In this document: piece by piece, positions 9,845 through 19,123 of the stretch
Layout: every line of letters starts with the position of its first letter
Position numbering within the stretch: the first letter of the stretch is position 1
NCBI GenBank assembly: GCA_036676985.1
Contig: JAKFBU010000041.1
Span: forward strand, 64,001 to 128,000
Length of the DNA: 64,000 bases
Direction of reading: 5' to 3'
DNA from: Candidatus Sericytochromatia bacterium
Lineage (GTDB): Bacteria > Cyanobacteriota > Sericytochromatia > S15B-MN24 > UBA4093
Position numbers and translations under genes: made by a program
The notes under the pieces: generated by a model
Seen by the model: only the letters and a program-made list of their open reading frames with translations
Databases searched by the model: none
What the model was told of the DNA's origin: nothing

Positions 9845-10429
9845 CTAGAGCAGATACCCCCGCTTCAGGAGCATCTGCGCCCCCTTGGCGTAGCCCTCGG
9901 GGGTCTGCAGGTCGAAGCCCAGCGAATCCGCCAGGCGGTTGATGAGGTTGAAGGCCGCCATCAACTGGATGGCGTCCTCGATGGCCTCCTCACTGACCCC
10001 GGCCGCCCGGACCCGCTGGATGTCGGCGGGGCCCACCGCCTCGGGTTCGAGCGTGAGCTTCTTCACCAGCGTGAGGGTCTCCCGCAGGCCCTCGGAGATG
10101 GGAGCGTTGGTGTGGTCCGCCTGAACGGCGTCCAGGAGCGACTGACCGAGTTCGTGCGACGCGACCGCGCCGTGCGAGTCCACTCAGAAGGGGCACTGGT
10201 TCTGGCGCGACACGAAGGCCGCCATGAGTTCGCGCTCGCCGACGCTCCAGGCCGACGGACCCCGCAGGGCCCGCTGGACCCAGGCCGAGAACGGGCGCCC
10301 GAAGAACTCGGGGCGGTAGTGCAGCGTCTTGATGACGTCCGGCGCCGGCATCCCGCTGACCACCCGGATCATCGTGAAAAAGAGCTTCTTGGAGAGACCC
10401 TTGCCCTTGCGAACGGCCGTCAGCCTCAT
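9845..10429 (-). CDS. AhpD/carboxymuconolactone decarboxylase-like peroxidase, probable selenoprotein (UGA at 10184-10186 read as Sec)
   Basis: Two abutting same-frame ORFs join as ERELMAAFVSRQNQCPF-UGA-VDSHG (CxxC position); SECIS-like hairpin downstream. Confidence 0.85.
10157..10172 (-). promoter_or_regulatory. Putative bacterial SECIS upper stem-loop
   Basis: CGGCGC-GGUC-GCGUCG starting 11 nt after the UGA, G-rich apical loop. Confidence 0.7.
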
Positions 10430-10740
10430 CGGGCCACCTCCTGGCGGCTCGCCTCCAGGGCCTTCAGGCCCGCTTCGAGGCGCCGCATGCTGGCCCCGAG
10501 CGCGGTGCTGACCGCCAACTCGAAGATCTGGTCGTCGGACAAGCGCTTGCCGAGGGCCTGCACGTCCTCGTCCGTGACCTTGTAGGCATGCTGGTCGACG
10601 GTATGGACGAAGGCGGCCACGGCCGGATCGTCAGCCTGACGCTCGTAGGCCGCACGCCGTACCTCCAAGGACAGCGCCCCCTCGGAGGCGAGCACCGCCT
10701 CCTTCAGCTGCGCCACCAGCGGCGCATAGTTCGAAGCCAT
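10426..10740 (-). CDS. Small helical CMD/AhpD-like partner protein
   Basis: HAYKVTDEDVQAL..LSDDQIFELAV resembles the C-terminal half of the AhpD-like gene; ATGA overlap with it. Confidence 0.7.
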   Translation of the reverse strand: MASNYAPLVAQLKEAVLASEGALSLEVRRAAYERQADDPAVAAFVHTVDQHAYKVTDEDVQALGKRLSDDQIFELAVSTALGASMRRLEAGLKALEASRQEVAR

Positions 10741-10776
10741 TCGACACTCCCTTCTGTGTGGATGGGCTCTGCTGCG

Positions 10777-11475
10777 TTACAGATTCGAGGGCTCGACGAC
10801 GCGCACGTCATCGAGCAGGAGGCCGAGGCCCGCCTGGGTGGCGTCCGTGAGCGTCGCCTTGAAGCGCAGCTCCACGTCGCCGCCCGTGAACTCGGTGAGA
10901 TCCGCATAGCGGTGCGCTACCGAGCGCGGGTACTCGGCGTAGGTGAGCACCCCGATGGCCTTCCAGTCGCCGCCCGGGCGCCGGGCCTCGGGCTGCAGGA
11001 GCAGGGAGTCGACGGGGTTCGCCGCGCCGAGCACATCATAGGTCAGGTGAGGGCGGCTCTTGCCCACCAGGCTGATGGGGTCGTTGAGCGTCAGGTAGCG
11101 ATCGCCCTCCGCAGCCGAGAACGCCGCGCGCCCCTCCTTGCCGACCAGCATCGCAAACGCCCCGCCGCAGAAGTTGCCCTCCAGGCGCCGCCACGTGACG
11201 GCCTCAGTCGTGGGCGAGACGCTCCAGCTCGCCACCCCCGTCTCGAAGCCCTCGTGGAAGAAGGCCACGCCGAGGAGGATCTTGTCCTGCTCGACGCCCC
11301 GTGGGGTGGGCGAGGGCGTGGGCACCGAGTCGATGAGGGACGGCACGCTCTGAGACGCCGTCGGGGTGCCTCCCTGCGAAGGAAGACACCCGGCGAGCGC
11401 GATAAAGCCCAGGAGCGCGACGAGGCTAGAGGACGCCGCCGTCCTTGAGCTTCTGAATAGCGTAATCTGCGACAT
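10777..11475 (-). CDS. Lipoprotein with a jelly-roll/MAM-like beta domain; start uncertain
   Basis: Lipobox LAGC; FFHEGFETG..W and C-terminal VELRF..GLLLDDVRV. Confidence 0.6.
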   Translation of the reverse strand: MSQITLFRSSRTAASSSLVALLGFIALAGCLPSQGGTPTASQSVPSLIDSVPTPSPTPRGVEQDKILLGVAFFHEGFETGVASWSVSPTTEAVTWRRLEGNFCGGAFAMLVGKEGRAAFSAAEGDRYLTLNDPISLVGKSRPHLTYDVLGAANPVDSLLLQPEARRPGGDWKAIGVLTYAEYPRSVAHRYADLTEFTGGDVELRFKATLTDATQAGLGLLLDDVRVVEPSNL

Positions 11476-12850
11476 TCTTCCCCAGGGTCTGGCCATCGGC
11501 GTTGTCACTACGGTAATGAATACCCGCGTAGAGGCGGGACATCGCGGCCTGGTTGGCGTCGTCCATCAAGGTGCGCTTGTAGTCGTCCTTGGTGAAGACG
11601 GTCGTGAGGTAGGTCGCCGCCGCCATGGAGGCCGCCGAGTGGCCGGAGGGATACGAGGGGTGGGGCGGCGTCTGGAACGGCATCTTAGCCTGGAGGTTGC
11701 CGTCCACGTCGGCCGGACGGGGGCGCAGGACCGCGTACTTGGTGTCCCAGCACGCGATGAAGACGTCCGCCTCGATGGCCGCGAGCACGCCGAGCACCCG
11801 TGCGGCCTGGGGCGTGTTGTAATCCAGATCCATCAGGAAGCGCTTGGCCGTCTTGTTCCAGATGATGGCGGGCACGTCGAAGTTCCAGAACCGCGCCTGA
11901 TCCAGCTTCCATGCGAAGTTGGGCAGGCTGTCGACCTCGCGGTTCACCTCGGCGAGCTCGTCCTGGTATGCCGTGGACAGGGCCGACTTGACGAGCACCG
12001 AGGGCGTGGCCAGACGGAACTGGTCGCCCTTGGTCATGAGCCAGGGCTTCCAGGTGCCGGCCTTGGGCGTCATGGCGTTCGCGTGGCCCCAGCTGGTGTC
12101 CATCGCCGTGATGAGTTCGGGCGCCATGGCGTTGGCGGCCCCGTCGGCATTGGCGCGCTCGACGATCTTGGCGGCGACCGCCTCGCCGATGGCCTTGCCC
12201 GCGTCGATGTCGCTGCGGACGTTCACGCCGGCGGCCAGGCGGGTCTCGTTGGCCTTGGCGGCCTTTTCCGCGAGCTCGGCGGCCTTCTCGGGGAAGAGGT
12301 GGCTAAGGGCCGCGACGGCCGCGGCGGAGACCGCCGCGTGCTCGGACGGGTAGCTCGGGATGCCGTCATCCGCGAGCAGGGGCGAAAGAGAGCCTTCACG
12401 GGCCTTGGGCGCCGAGCGCTTGTACTCGGCCTTGGCCTTCCAGGCGGCAACCACCGCGTCGTACATGGCCACGTGCACCATGGCCTGCGCCCGAGCCGCC
12501 CGGGGCGGCACGTAGCCCGCGTCGATGAGCATCTGGTCCGCGATCTCGCTCCAGCGGATGGGGGCCGCGTAATCGTTCCAGTACTTGATGGCCTCCTTGT
12601 CGGCGTCCGTGCGCTTGGCCTGCCAGGTCTTGAGCTCCTCGAGCTCCTTCTTGGCCGCCTCGGAATCGTCCTTGGGAGGTGCCGCGGGCTTGAACGCGTC
12701 GGCATCCCCCGCCACCATCGTCTTCCAGGTCGCCGCGGACGGCTCCACCTTCAGATCGGCGCTCACGGTCGAGCTGGGACCGGGGAAACAACCCGCGCCG
12801 AGCGTGGCCGCGAGCCCGATGACCACGAAGAGACGATGTTGGCGGAGCAT
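11426..12850 (-). CDS. Vanadium-dependent haloperoxidase/PAP2 superfamily lipoprotein with duplicated domain
   Basis: Lipobox GAGC; KYAVLRPRP, PSYPSGH, SRLYAGIHYRSD plus a degenerate N-terminal copy. Confidence 0.8.
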   Translation of the reverse strand: MLRQHRLFVVIGLAATLGAGCFPGPSSTVSADLKVEPSAATWKTMVAGDADAFKPAAPPKDDSEAAKKELEELKTWQAKRTDADKEAIKYWNDYAAPIRWSEIADQMLIDAGYVPPRAARAQAMVHVAMYDAVVAAWKAKAEYKRSAPKAREGSLSPLLADDGIPSYPSEHAAVSAAAVAALSHLFPEKAAELAEKAAKANETRLAAGVNVRSDIDAGKAIGEAVAAKIVERANADGAANAMAPELITAMDTSWGHANAMTPKAGTWKPWLMTKGDQFRLATPSVLVKSALSTAYQDELAEVNREVDSLPNFAWKLDQARFWNFDVPAIIWNKTAKRFLMDLDYNTPQAARVLGVLAAIEADVFIACWDTKYAVLRPRPADVDGNLQAKMPFQTPPHPSYPSGHSAASMAAATYLTTVFTKDDYKRTLMDDANQAAMSRLYAGIHYRSDNADGQTLGKNVADYAIQKLKDGGVL

Positions 12851-13089
12851 TACAATTCCTCATTAAATGATGCGTGACCTAGAAGCTCTATACCCCTCGC
12901 AGGTACCAAACGTCACCACGGCGGATTGCAACTGGGTTAGCAGATTACAACGGGCGGATGTTCTTATCCCGGCGGCGGGGTGACAGCGGCACCCGAGCGT
13001 CCGATATCCGCGCGATCGCAGCGCAACGCCTCCCCCGTTCGACTTGGCGCCGGGAGAGGCGGGGATCGGATCGGCTATCGTGAGGGTCG

Positions 13090-13224
13090 CTAGGCTCGGA
13101 GGTCTTCACCGTCCGTCGGATCCAGCGAGGCCTGCTCGGCTTCGTTCGACTGATGCTCGAACAGTCGCTGGCGCGGATCGAGGCTCGAGATCCAGTGCCG
13201 GAGTTCATCGAGTTGCTTGGTCAT
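13090..13224 (-). CDS. Small 44-aa hypothetical protein (MTKQLDELRHWISSLDPRQ...)
   Basis: Hand translation; AAGGA/GGGAG just upstream of ATG; below the ORF-track cutoff. Confidence 0.4.
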   Translation of the reverse strand: MTKQLDELRHWISSLDPRQRLFEHQSNEAEQASLDPTDGEDLRA

Positions 13225-13311
13225 CTCCCATTCCTTTGATCGATGGCCCGTTTACCTGATGATCATGTCGGCACCCGCAGCCGAAACTTTATCGAGCGGA
13301 CGATCGATCGC

Positions 13312-13348
13312 AAGAAAAAGCACCCGGTCCCCTCGTGGGACCGGGTGC
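13312..13348 (-). terminator. Rho-independent terminator
   Basis: GCACCCGGTCCC-ACGAG-GGGACCGGGTGC-TTTTTCTT on the minus strand. Confidence 0.75.
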
Positions 13349-13362
13349 CGGTTGCTCAAAAA

Positions 13363-13494
13363 TTAGCCGACCAGTTGATCGTCGTCAGCGCCCTTCATCC
13401 GTGCCACGTACGCCAGGTACGCGTGGGCGATCGCGATCAGGTCTTCCCCGGATTCTGCGGGGGGTTGGCTCTTGGCTTCGAGTTCGATTGCCAT
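13363..13494 (-). CDS. Small 43-aa protein (MAIELEAKSQPPAESGEDLIAIAHAYLAYVARMKGADDDQLVG)
   Basis: AGGAG upstream, terminator immediately downstream, AT-richer upstream region. Confidence 0.55.
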   Translation of the reverse strand: MAIELEAKSQPPAESGEDLIAIAHAYLAYVARMKGADDDQLVG

Positions 13495-13699
13495 CAACTC
13501 CTACACTCCAGCAGCACAGTGCGCTTGCCATCCGAATATTACTACGCCATTGCGCGCCCATGGTGAACGCAAAGAACGTTATGTTCTGTGAGCAAGCGCA
13601 CCTTATCAGGCCTAGAGCCTGATACTGCAAGGGTTTTCAGGATATGGTCAAATTATGTGAAGCAGGGCCTCGGCAGGCAAAGTCCCTGCCCGGAGGGCG

Positions 13700-14020
13700 T
13701 CAGGACGGGAACAGGCTGAGCTGATGCAGCCCGCTGGGCAGCGGCATTTCGAAACCGCCCGGAATCTCGGTCATCCGGCGGGCCACCTCGAGGCAGGTGT
13801 AGCACGTGGGGTCCTGGGTGGAGCGGCGGAGGCCCGTACGGCGTACGGTCGGGCTGCTGCACAGCGGCTCGCCGGCAAAGCGCTTGTAGCGGCGGTAATG
13901 CAGGTTCGTCGAGCACACGATGTGGCGCGCTGCGCGCCCCGCCCCGCGGGGCTGGGCCGTTTCGGCCACGTAGAAGTCACTCAGGCAGTTGAGGACGAGC
14001 CAAAGTTCCTCGTCGATCAC
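13700..14020 (-). CDS. 106-aa hypothetical Cys/His-containing protein, possibly zinc-binding
   Basis: Strong RBS GGAGGAGG before GTG; RHIVC..PLC..PTCYTC. Confidence 0.55.
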   Translation of the reverse strand: MIDEELWLVLNCLSDFYVAETAQPRGAGRAARHIVCSTNLHYRRYKRFAGEPLCSSPTVRRTGLRRSTQDPTCYTCLEVARRMTEIPGGFEMPLPSGLHQLSLFPS

Positions 14021-14185
14021 GGGTCCTCCTCCGGCAGGGGCAGGGCATGGCGCCTGGATGCCGGGCGCTCCGTCTAGTCTCCTCCGGGCGGCTCCGGGCG
14101 TCTGTGACGAACCTAACGAGGGACGGGTTAGCCACGCTTGCCTCGGGGCATGATGGGGGTCGCAGTCGCCGTTTGCCCGAGGAGG

Positions 14186-15058
14186 ATGCCCGTGGACGCT
14201 CCCACCGAACTGCTGGCCGCGAGCAGCATCACCAGCCGCATGATCACCCGGGTCCAGGGGGCCAAGGCCTCGTGCCTCGTCGACATGATCTCGGTCGAGG
14301 AGCCGCTCGAGATCCGGGTGGTCGGGACGCACGAGGGACAGCCCTTCGCCAAGAGCCTTTCCATCACCATGCGCACGCCCGGGCATGACGTGGAGCTTGC
14401 GGCCGGGTTCCTGTTCGGCGAGGGCCTCCTCACGGATCGCTCTCAGATCCAGCGGATTGCAAGCTGCGGGACGGTTGCCGGCGAGCCGGAGCTGCAAAAC
14501 GTCGTCAAGGTCGAGCTGCACCCAGGCGTCGAGCTCGACCACAAGCGCCTGGACCGCCATTTCTACACCACCTCGAGCTGTGGGGTCTGCGGCAAGTCCT
14601 CGCTCGAGGCGCTGTCGGTCGCCAAGTGTGCCCTGCTTCCGGACACACCGCCCATCGAGGTGACGCTCATCCACAAGCTGCCGGCGATCGCGCGCTCCGC
14701 CCAGGCGGTCTTCGAGCAGACGGGCGGCCTGCACGCGTCGGCGCTCATCGACCACGCGGGGACGCTGATCGACCTCAAGGAGGACGTGGGGCGTCACAAC
14801 GCCCTGGACAAGCTCATCGGCACCCGCTTCCTGAAGGGCGAGGTGCCGCTCACCGACAACCTCCTGTTCCTGAGCGGCCGCATCAGCTTCGAGCTGGTGC
14901 AGAAGGCGCTCATGGCGGGAATTCCCATCGTGGCGGCCGTCGGCGCCCCGTCGAGCCTCGCCATCGAGCTCGCCGAGCAGTTCAACATGACGCTCATCGG
15001 CTTCGTGCGGGGCGGCCGCTGCAACGTCTATTCGGGGACGGAGCGCCTTCGGCTCTAG
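14186..15058 (+). CDS. fdhD: Formate dehydrogenase accessory sulfurtransferase
   Basis: EEPLEI, MRTPGHD, SSCGVCGK, TGGLHA, EDVGRHNALDKLIG, SGRISFE. Confidence 0.95.
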   Translation: MPVDAPTELLAASSITSRMITRVQGAKASCLVDMISVEEPLEIRVVGTHEGQPFAKSLSITMRTPGHDVELAAGFLFGEGLLTDRSQIQRIASCGTVAGEPELQNVVKVELHPGVELDHKRLDRHFYTTSSCGVCGKSSLEALSVAKCALLPDTPPIEVTLIHKLPAIARSAQAVFEQTGGLHASALIDHAGTLIDLKEDVGRHNALDKLIGTRFLKGEVPLTDNLLFLSGRISFELVQKALMAGIPIVAAVGAPSSLAIELAEQFNMTLIGFVRGGRCNVYSGTERLRL

Positions 15059-15143
15059 ACCCCGAACCGGCCCTGCATCCCCGCTCCGCCCGCGGCCAGG
15101 CCCATGCTAAGCTAGGCGATCCTTAGCTGCTGGAGGGCGATCC

Positions 15144-17453
15144 ATGAACGATGCATCGGGCCCCGAGGACGAGGTCCAGGTCCATTACCCCGACAACCTG
15201 TCGAACCTGCACCGCTCGGAGCCCAAGACGGTGGCGGGCGGAGTGCCGGCCGTCGTCTCTACCCTGCGACACGCGCTCGACGAGATGGGGCCCGTCCGGG
15301 GCGCCAAGGCGCTCACGAGCCTCAACCAGAAGGGCGGCATCGACTGCTCGAGCTGCGCCTGGCCGGACCCCGACCACGAGCGCTCCATGGCCGAGTTCTG
15401 CGAGAACGGGGCCAAGGCGATCGCCGCCGAGGGCACCACGCGCCGGGTGGATGCCGCCTTCTTCCGCGAGTGGAGCCTGAGCAAACTCTCCAAGCTCGAC
15501 GAGTACTGGCTCGGCAAGCAGGGCCGGATCACAGAACCCGTCATCAAGCGCCGGGGCAGCGACCACTACGAGCCCATCGGCTGGGACGAGGCCTTCGCGC
15601 TCATCGCGGCCGAGCTGCGCGCCCTGTCGTCCCCCGACGAGGCGCTCTTCTACACCTCGGGCCGAGCGAGCAACGAGGCGGCCTTCCTCTACCAGCTCGT
15701 CGTCCGGCTCTTCGGGACCAACAACCTGCCCGACTGCGCGGATCTCTGCCACGAGTCGAGCGGAGTGGCCCTCAAGGAGACGCTCGGCATCGGCAAGGGC
15801 ACCGTGACGCTCGAGGACTTCGCGCATGCGGACGCCATCCTCCTCCTGGGTCAGAACCCGGGCACCAACCATCCGCGCATGCTCACCACCCTGCAGGCGG
15901 CCGCGCGGCGCGGGTGCCGCATCGTCTCGATCAATCCCCTGCCCGAGGCGGGCCTCATGGCCTTCAAGCACCCGCAGGAGGTCCAGGGCATCCTCGGCAA
16001 GGGCACGCCGCTCGCCACCCTGCACCTGCCCGTGCGCATCAACGGGGACCTCGCCTTCCTCAAGGGCCTCATGAAAGAGCTGCTGGAGGCCGAGGCATCC
16101 ACCCCCGGCTCGGTCCTGGACCGGGACTTCATCGCCGCGCACACGACGGGCTACGAGGCCTTTGCCGCGGAGCTTGCGACCGTGTCCTGGGACGACGTCC
16201 TCGCAGGCTCGGGCCTGGATCGGGACCAGATCCGCCAGGCGGCCCGCATCGTCCGCGAGTCCCGGAACGTCATCTGCTGCTGGGCCATGGGCCTCACGCA
16301 GCACAAGAACGCGGTCATGACCATCCGGGAGGTCGTCAACCTCCTCCTTCTGGGCGGCAACGTCGGCCGCCGGGGCGCCGGAGTCTGCCCCGTGCGCGGG
16401 CATTCGAACGTGCAGGGCGATCGTACCATGGGCATCACCGAGCGTCCGGAGGCCGACTTCCTGGAGCGGCTGGGCCGGGAGTTCGGCTTCACGCCACCCA
16501 CCGAGCCGGGGCTCGATACGGTCCATGCGATCCGGGCCATGGCCGAGGGCCAGGCCAAGGTCCTCGTGGCGCTGGGAGGCAACTTCCTGTCGGCCACGCC
16601 GGACACGGAGTTCACGGCCCGGGCCTTGCAGAAGTGCCGGCTCACGGTCCAGATCTCCACCAAGCTGAACCGCTCGCACGTGATCACGGGCGAGCAGGCC
16701 CTCATCCTGCCGTGCCTCGGCCGCACGGACCGGGACGTGCAGGCCTCGGGCCCTCAGTTCGTGACCACCGAGAACTCCATGGGCGTGGTCTCGGCCTCCC
16801 ACGGCAAGCTGCGGCCCCTCTCCGAGGCCATGCTGAGCGAGCCCGCCATCGTAGCGCGGCTGGGCAAGGCGCTCGTGGGCTCGCGTCAGGGCCTCGACTG
16901 GGACGCCCTGGCGGCGGACTACGACCGCATCCGGGACCACATCGAGCGGGTGGTGAAGGGCTTTGCGGACTACAACGCGCGGGTGCGCCAGGACGAGCCC
17001 TTTTACCTGCCCAACGGTCCCCGGGACTCCCGGACGTTCGCCACGGCGACGGGCAAGGCGCAGTTCACGGTCAATCGGCTCTCCCCGCTGGAGGTGGGTC
17101 CGGACGAGTTCGTGATGATGACCATTCGGTCGCATGATCAGTTCAACACGACCATCTACGGCAAGGACGACCGGTACCGGGGCATCCATGACGAGCGGCG
17201 GGTGGTGTTCATGAACCCGGAGGACCTGTCTGAGTTCGGTCTCAGGGACGGCCAGGTCGTGGACCTCAAGAGCCATTACGACGGCGTCGAGCGGATGGCG
17301 CCCCGGTTCGTGGTGGTGGCCTACTCGATTCCGCGGCGGTGCGTGGCGACGTACTTCCCGGAGACCAACGCCCTGATCCCGGTCACGGAATACGCGGACC
17401 GGAGCCACACGCCGATCTCCAAGTCGGTGATCGTGACGGTGCATCCGGCTTAG
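15144..17453 (+). CDS. ydeP: FdhF/YdeP family molybdopterin oxidoreductase
   Basis: DCSSCAWPD, EFCENGAKA, YTSGRASNEAAF, NNLPDCADLCHE, RGHSNVQG, RSHDQFNTTIYG. Confidence 0.9.
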   Translation: MNDASGPEDEVQVHYPDNLSNLHRSEPKTVAGGVPAVVSTLRHALDEMGPVRGAKALTSLNQKGGIDCSSCAWPDPDHERSMAEFCENGAKAIAAEGTTRRVDAAFFREWSLSKLSKLDEYWLGKQGRITEPVIKRRGSDHYEPIGWDEAFALIAAELRALSSPDEALFYTSGRASNEAAFLYQLVVRLFGTNNLPDCADLCHESSGVALKETLGIGKGTVTLEDFAHADAILLLGQNPGTNHPRMLTTLQAAARRGCRIVSINPLPEAGLMAFKHPQEVQGILGKGTPLATLHLPVRINGDLAFLKGLMKELLEAEASTPGSVLDRDFIAAHTTGYEAFAAELATVSWDDVLAGSGLDRDQIRQAARIVRESRNVICCWAMGLTQHKNAVMTIREVVNLLLLGGNVGRRGAGVCPVRGHSNVQGDRTMGITERPEADFLERLGREFGFTPPTEPGLDTVHAIRAMAEGQAKVLVALGGNFLSATPDTEFTARALQKCRLTVQISTKLNRSHVITGEQALILPCLGRTDRDVQASGPQFVTTENSMGVVSASHGKLRPLSEAMLSEPAIVARLGKALVGSRQGLDWDALAADYDRIRDHIERVVKGFADYNARVRQDEPFYLPNGPRDSRTFATATGKAQFTVNRLSPLEVGPDEFVMMTIRSHDQFNTTIYGKDDRYRGIHDERRVVFMNPEDLSEFGLRDGQVVDLKSHYDGVERMAPRFVVVAYSIPRRCVATYFPETNALIPVTEYADRSHTPISKSVIVTVHPA

Positions 17454-17493
17454 CGTGCCTAACTTCAAGCCCTAGGATTCGTCATGCACTGGT

Positions 17494-17637
17494 GGAACCG
17501 TTCGTTCCTTCGAGCGCCTCAGGACGAACGGTTTTATTGCTGGCGGCTTGAGTGGACTTCTCATGTGCTCAAAAGCCATCCCTTGAGACCCACAACCATC
17601 CCGTTCACCCTGAGGCGCTCGAAGGGCGAACGGTTCC
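17494..17637. repeat. REP-like inverted pair (family 2) between convergent genes
   Basis: GGAACCGTTCGTTCCTTCGAGCGCCTCAGGACGAACGG (17494-17531) and its near reverse complement (17601-17637); each arm is itself palindromic. Confidence 0.8.
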
Positions 17638-17638
17638 T

Positions 17639-18262
17639 CTACGAGCCGGCAGGCTCGACGACCTTCTGGATGATCTTGAGCTGCAGGTCCGCGAAGGCCT
17701 CCAGCTCCTCCTCGGGCAGCGCCCCCTTGCCGATCAGGAGCGACTTGGTCAGAACGTCGCTGATGGTGAAGAGCAGATCCGCCAGGAGCGGCAGGGACAT
17801 GTCGGAGCGCATGATGCCGCTCTCCTGGCCCAGCCGGATGACCTCCATCGCGATCTCGTTCTCCTTGTCCAGGTACTCCCGGAAGGGATTGTGCTCGCCG
17901 GGCTTCTGGGCCTGCAGGTAGAGATCCTGGAAGAGGCGGGAGGTCACGGGATCCGTGCTGATCATGACGGCCCGCTGGTACATGGCCATGCGCATGTCCT
18001 GCCAGTAGTCGCCTGTCAGCTCCGGGGCCTTCTGGCTCATGACCAGGGCCTGGGCCGCGGTGATCTCCTGCAGGATGGCGAGGTAGAGGTCCGTCTTGTC
18101 CTCGAAGTAGTAGTAGAGCACGCCCTTGCTGATGCCGGCCTGCTCGATGATGGCGTTGAGCGAGGCCTGCTCGTAGCCGTGCTCGGCGAACACGGCGCGG
18201 GCCGCCTCCACTATGCGGGCGCGGACGGCCGGGTCTAGCTTCGATAGTCGCTGGCGAGGCAT
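17639..18262 (-). CDS. TetR/AcrR family regulator
   Basis: HTH: FAEHGYEQASLNAIIEQAGISKGVLYYYFEDK. Confidence 0.92.
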   Translation of the reverse strand: MPRQRLSKLDPAVRARIVEAARAVFAEHGYEQASLNAIIEQAGISKGVLYYYFEDKTDLYLAILQEITAAQALVMSQKAPELTGDYWQDMRMAMYQRAVMISTDPVTSRLFQDLYLQAQKPGEHNPFREYLDKENEIAMEVIRLGQESGIMRSDMSLPLLADLLFTISDVLTKSLLIGKGALPEEELEAFADLQLKIIQKVVEPAGS

Positions 18263-18289
18263 AAAGGTCCTTCCTTCGAGTTGCTGCGG

Positions 18290-18907
18290 CTAGACGGCCG
18301 AGTCGATTCGCCGGAGGACGTCGACGCACAGGTCGGCGAACCGGTCGATATCCGCGTCCGTGACCTCGGGCAGGTCCCAGAGCAGGTGCTGGCGGAGCAC
18401 GTCGGTGACGGGGAAGGTCACGTCCAGCAGAAAGTCGGGCGGCAGCTGGTTGTGGACCTTGCCGGAGGCGACTCCCGCCTCGATGACCTTCTTGCCGAGC
18501 TCCCGCTCCTGCTCGTACACCGTTCGGAAGGGGTTGGGCCCCGGCTTCTGCGCCTGGCGGTAGAAGTCCTGCAGCAGGCGCAGGCGCTCGCGATCTTCCA
18601 GCTGCTGCTTGACCCTTTCCTTCGCCACGAAGCGGATGTCCTCCCAGACGTCCCCCGACGGGCCGCGCTCCAGGAGCAACTGGTAGACCTTGGGCATCTT
18701 CTGCCGGACCTCTTGGACGGCCGCGAGGTAGAGGTCCGTCTTGTCGTTGAAGTAGTAGTAGAGGACGCCCTTGCTGATGCCGGCCTGCTCGATGATGGCG
18801 TTGAGCGAGGCCTCGTCGTACCCGCGCGCGCTGAACTCCTGGCACGCAGCGCTCAAGATGCGATCGCGCACCGCGGGGTCCAACTTGGCTAGTCGCTGAC
18901 GTGGCAT
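18290..18907 (-). CDS. TetR/AcrR family regulator (tandem paralogue)
   Basis: HTH nearly identical to the neighbour. Confidence 0.92.
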   Translation of the reverse strand: MPRQRLAKLDPAVRDRILSAACQEFSARGYDEASLNAIIEQAGISKGVLYYYFNDKTDLYLAAVQEVRQKMPKVYQLLLERGPSGDVWEDIRFVAKERVKQQLEDRERLRLLQDFYRQAQKPGPNPFRTVYEQERELGKKVIEAGVASGKVHNQLPPDFLLDVTFPVTDVLRQHLLWDLPEVTDADIDRFADLCVDVLRRIDSAV

Positions 18908-19123
18908 GGGCTCCTCCAGACGTTATCGTACACTGCGCGCCCTACAAGCGCTAAGAATCGAGGCGAGGCCGGACGAGGACCGGCTCGAAAAGCCCGTAGG
19001 GCGGACGCCCGGTGGGCGTCCGCCTGATGGTCGATGCGGAGCGATGGGCGATCGCTCGTTGTCCCGGTCCTCACCCCATGGGGGCACTCCTCACGACCGT
19101 CCCGGCACCGGCCGGGCGGCCCG

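Noticed and set aside
9845-10429. AhpD-like pseudogene or two separate genes
   Set aside because: Stop falls exactly on the redox Cys position with a SECIS-like hairpin; Sec readthrough fits better
13574-13586. GAAC-GTTAT-GTTC as a LexA box
   Set aside because: Spacer is 5 nt, not 4
15144-17453. Selenocysteine formate dehydrogenase
   Set aside because: No in-frame TGA; Cys ligand (DLCHE) and YdeP-type motifs
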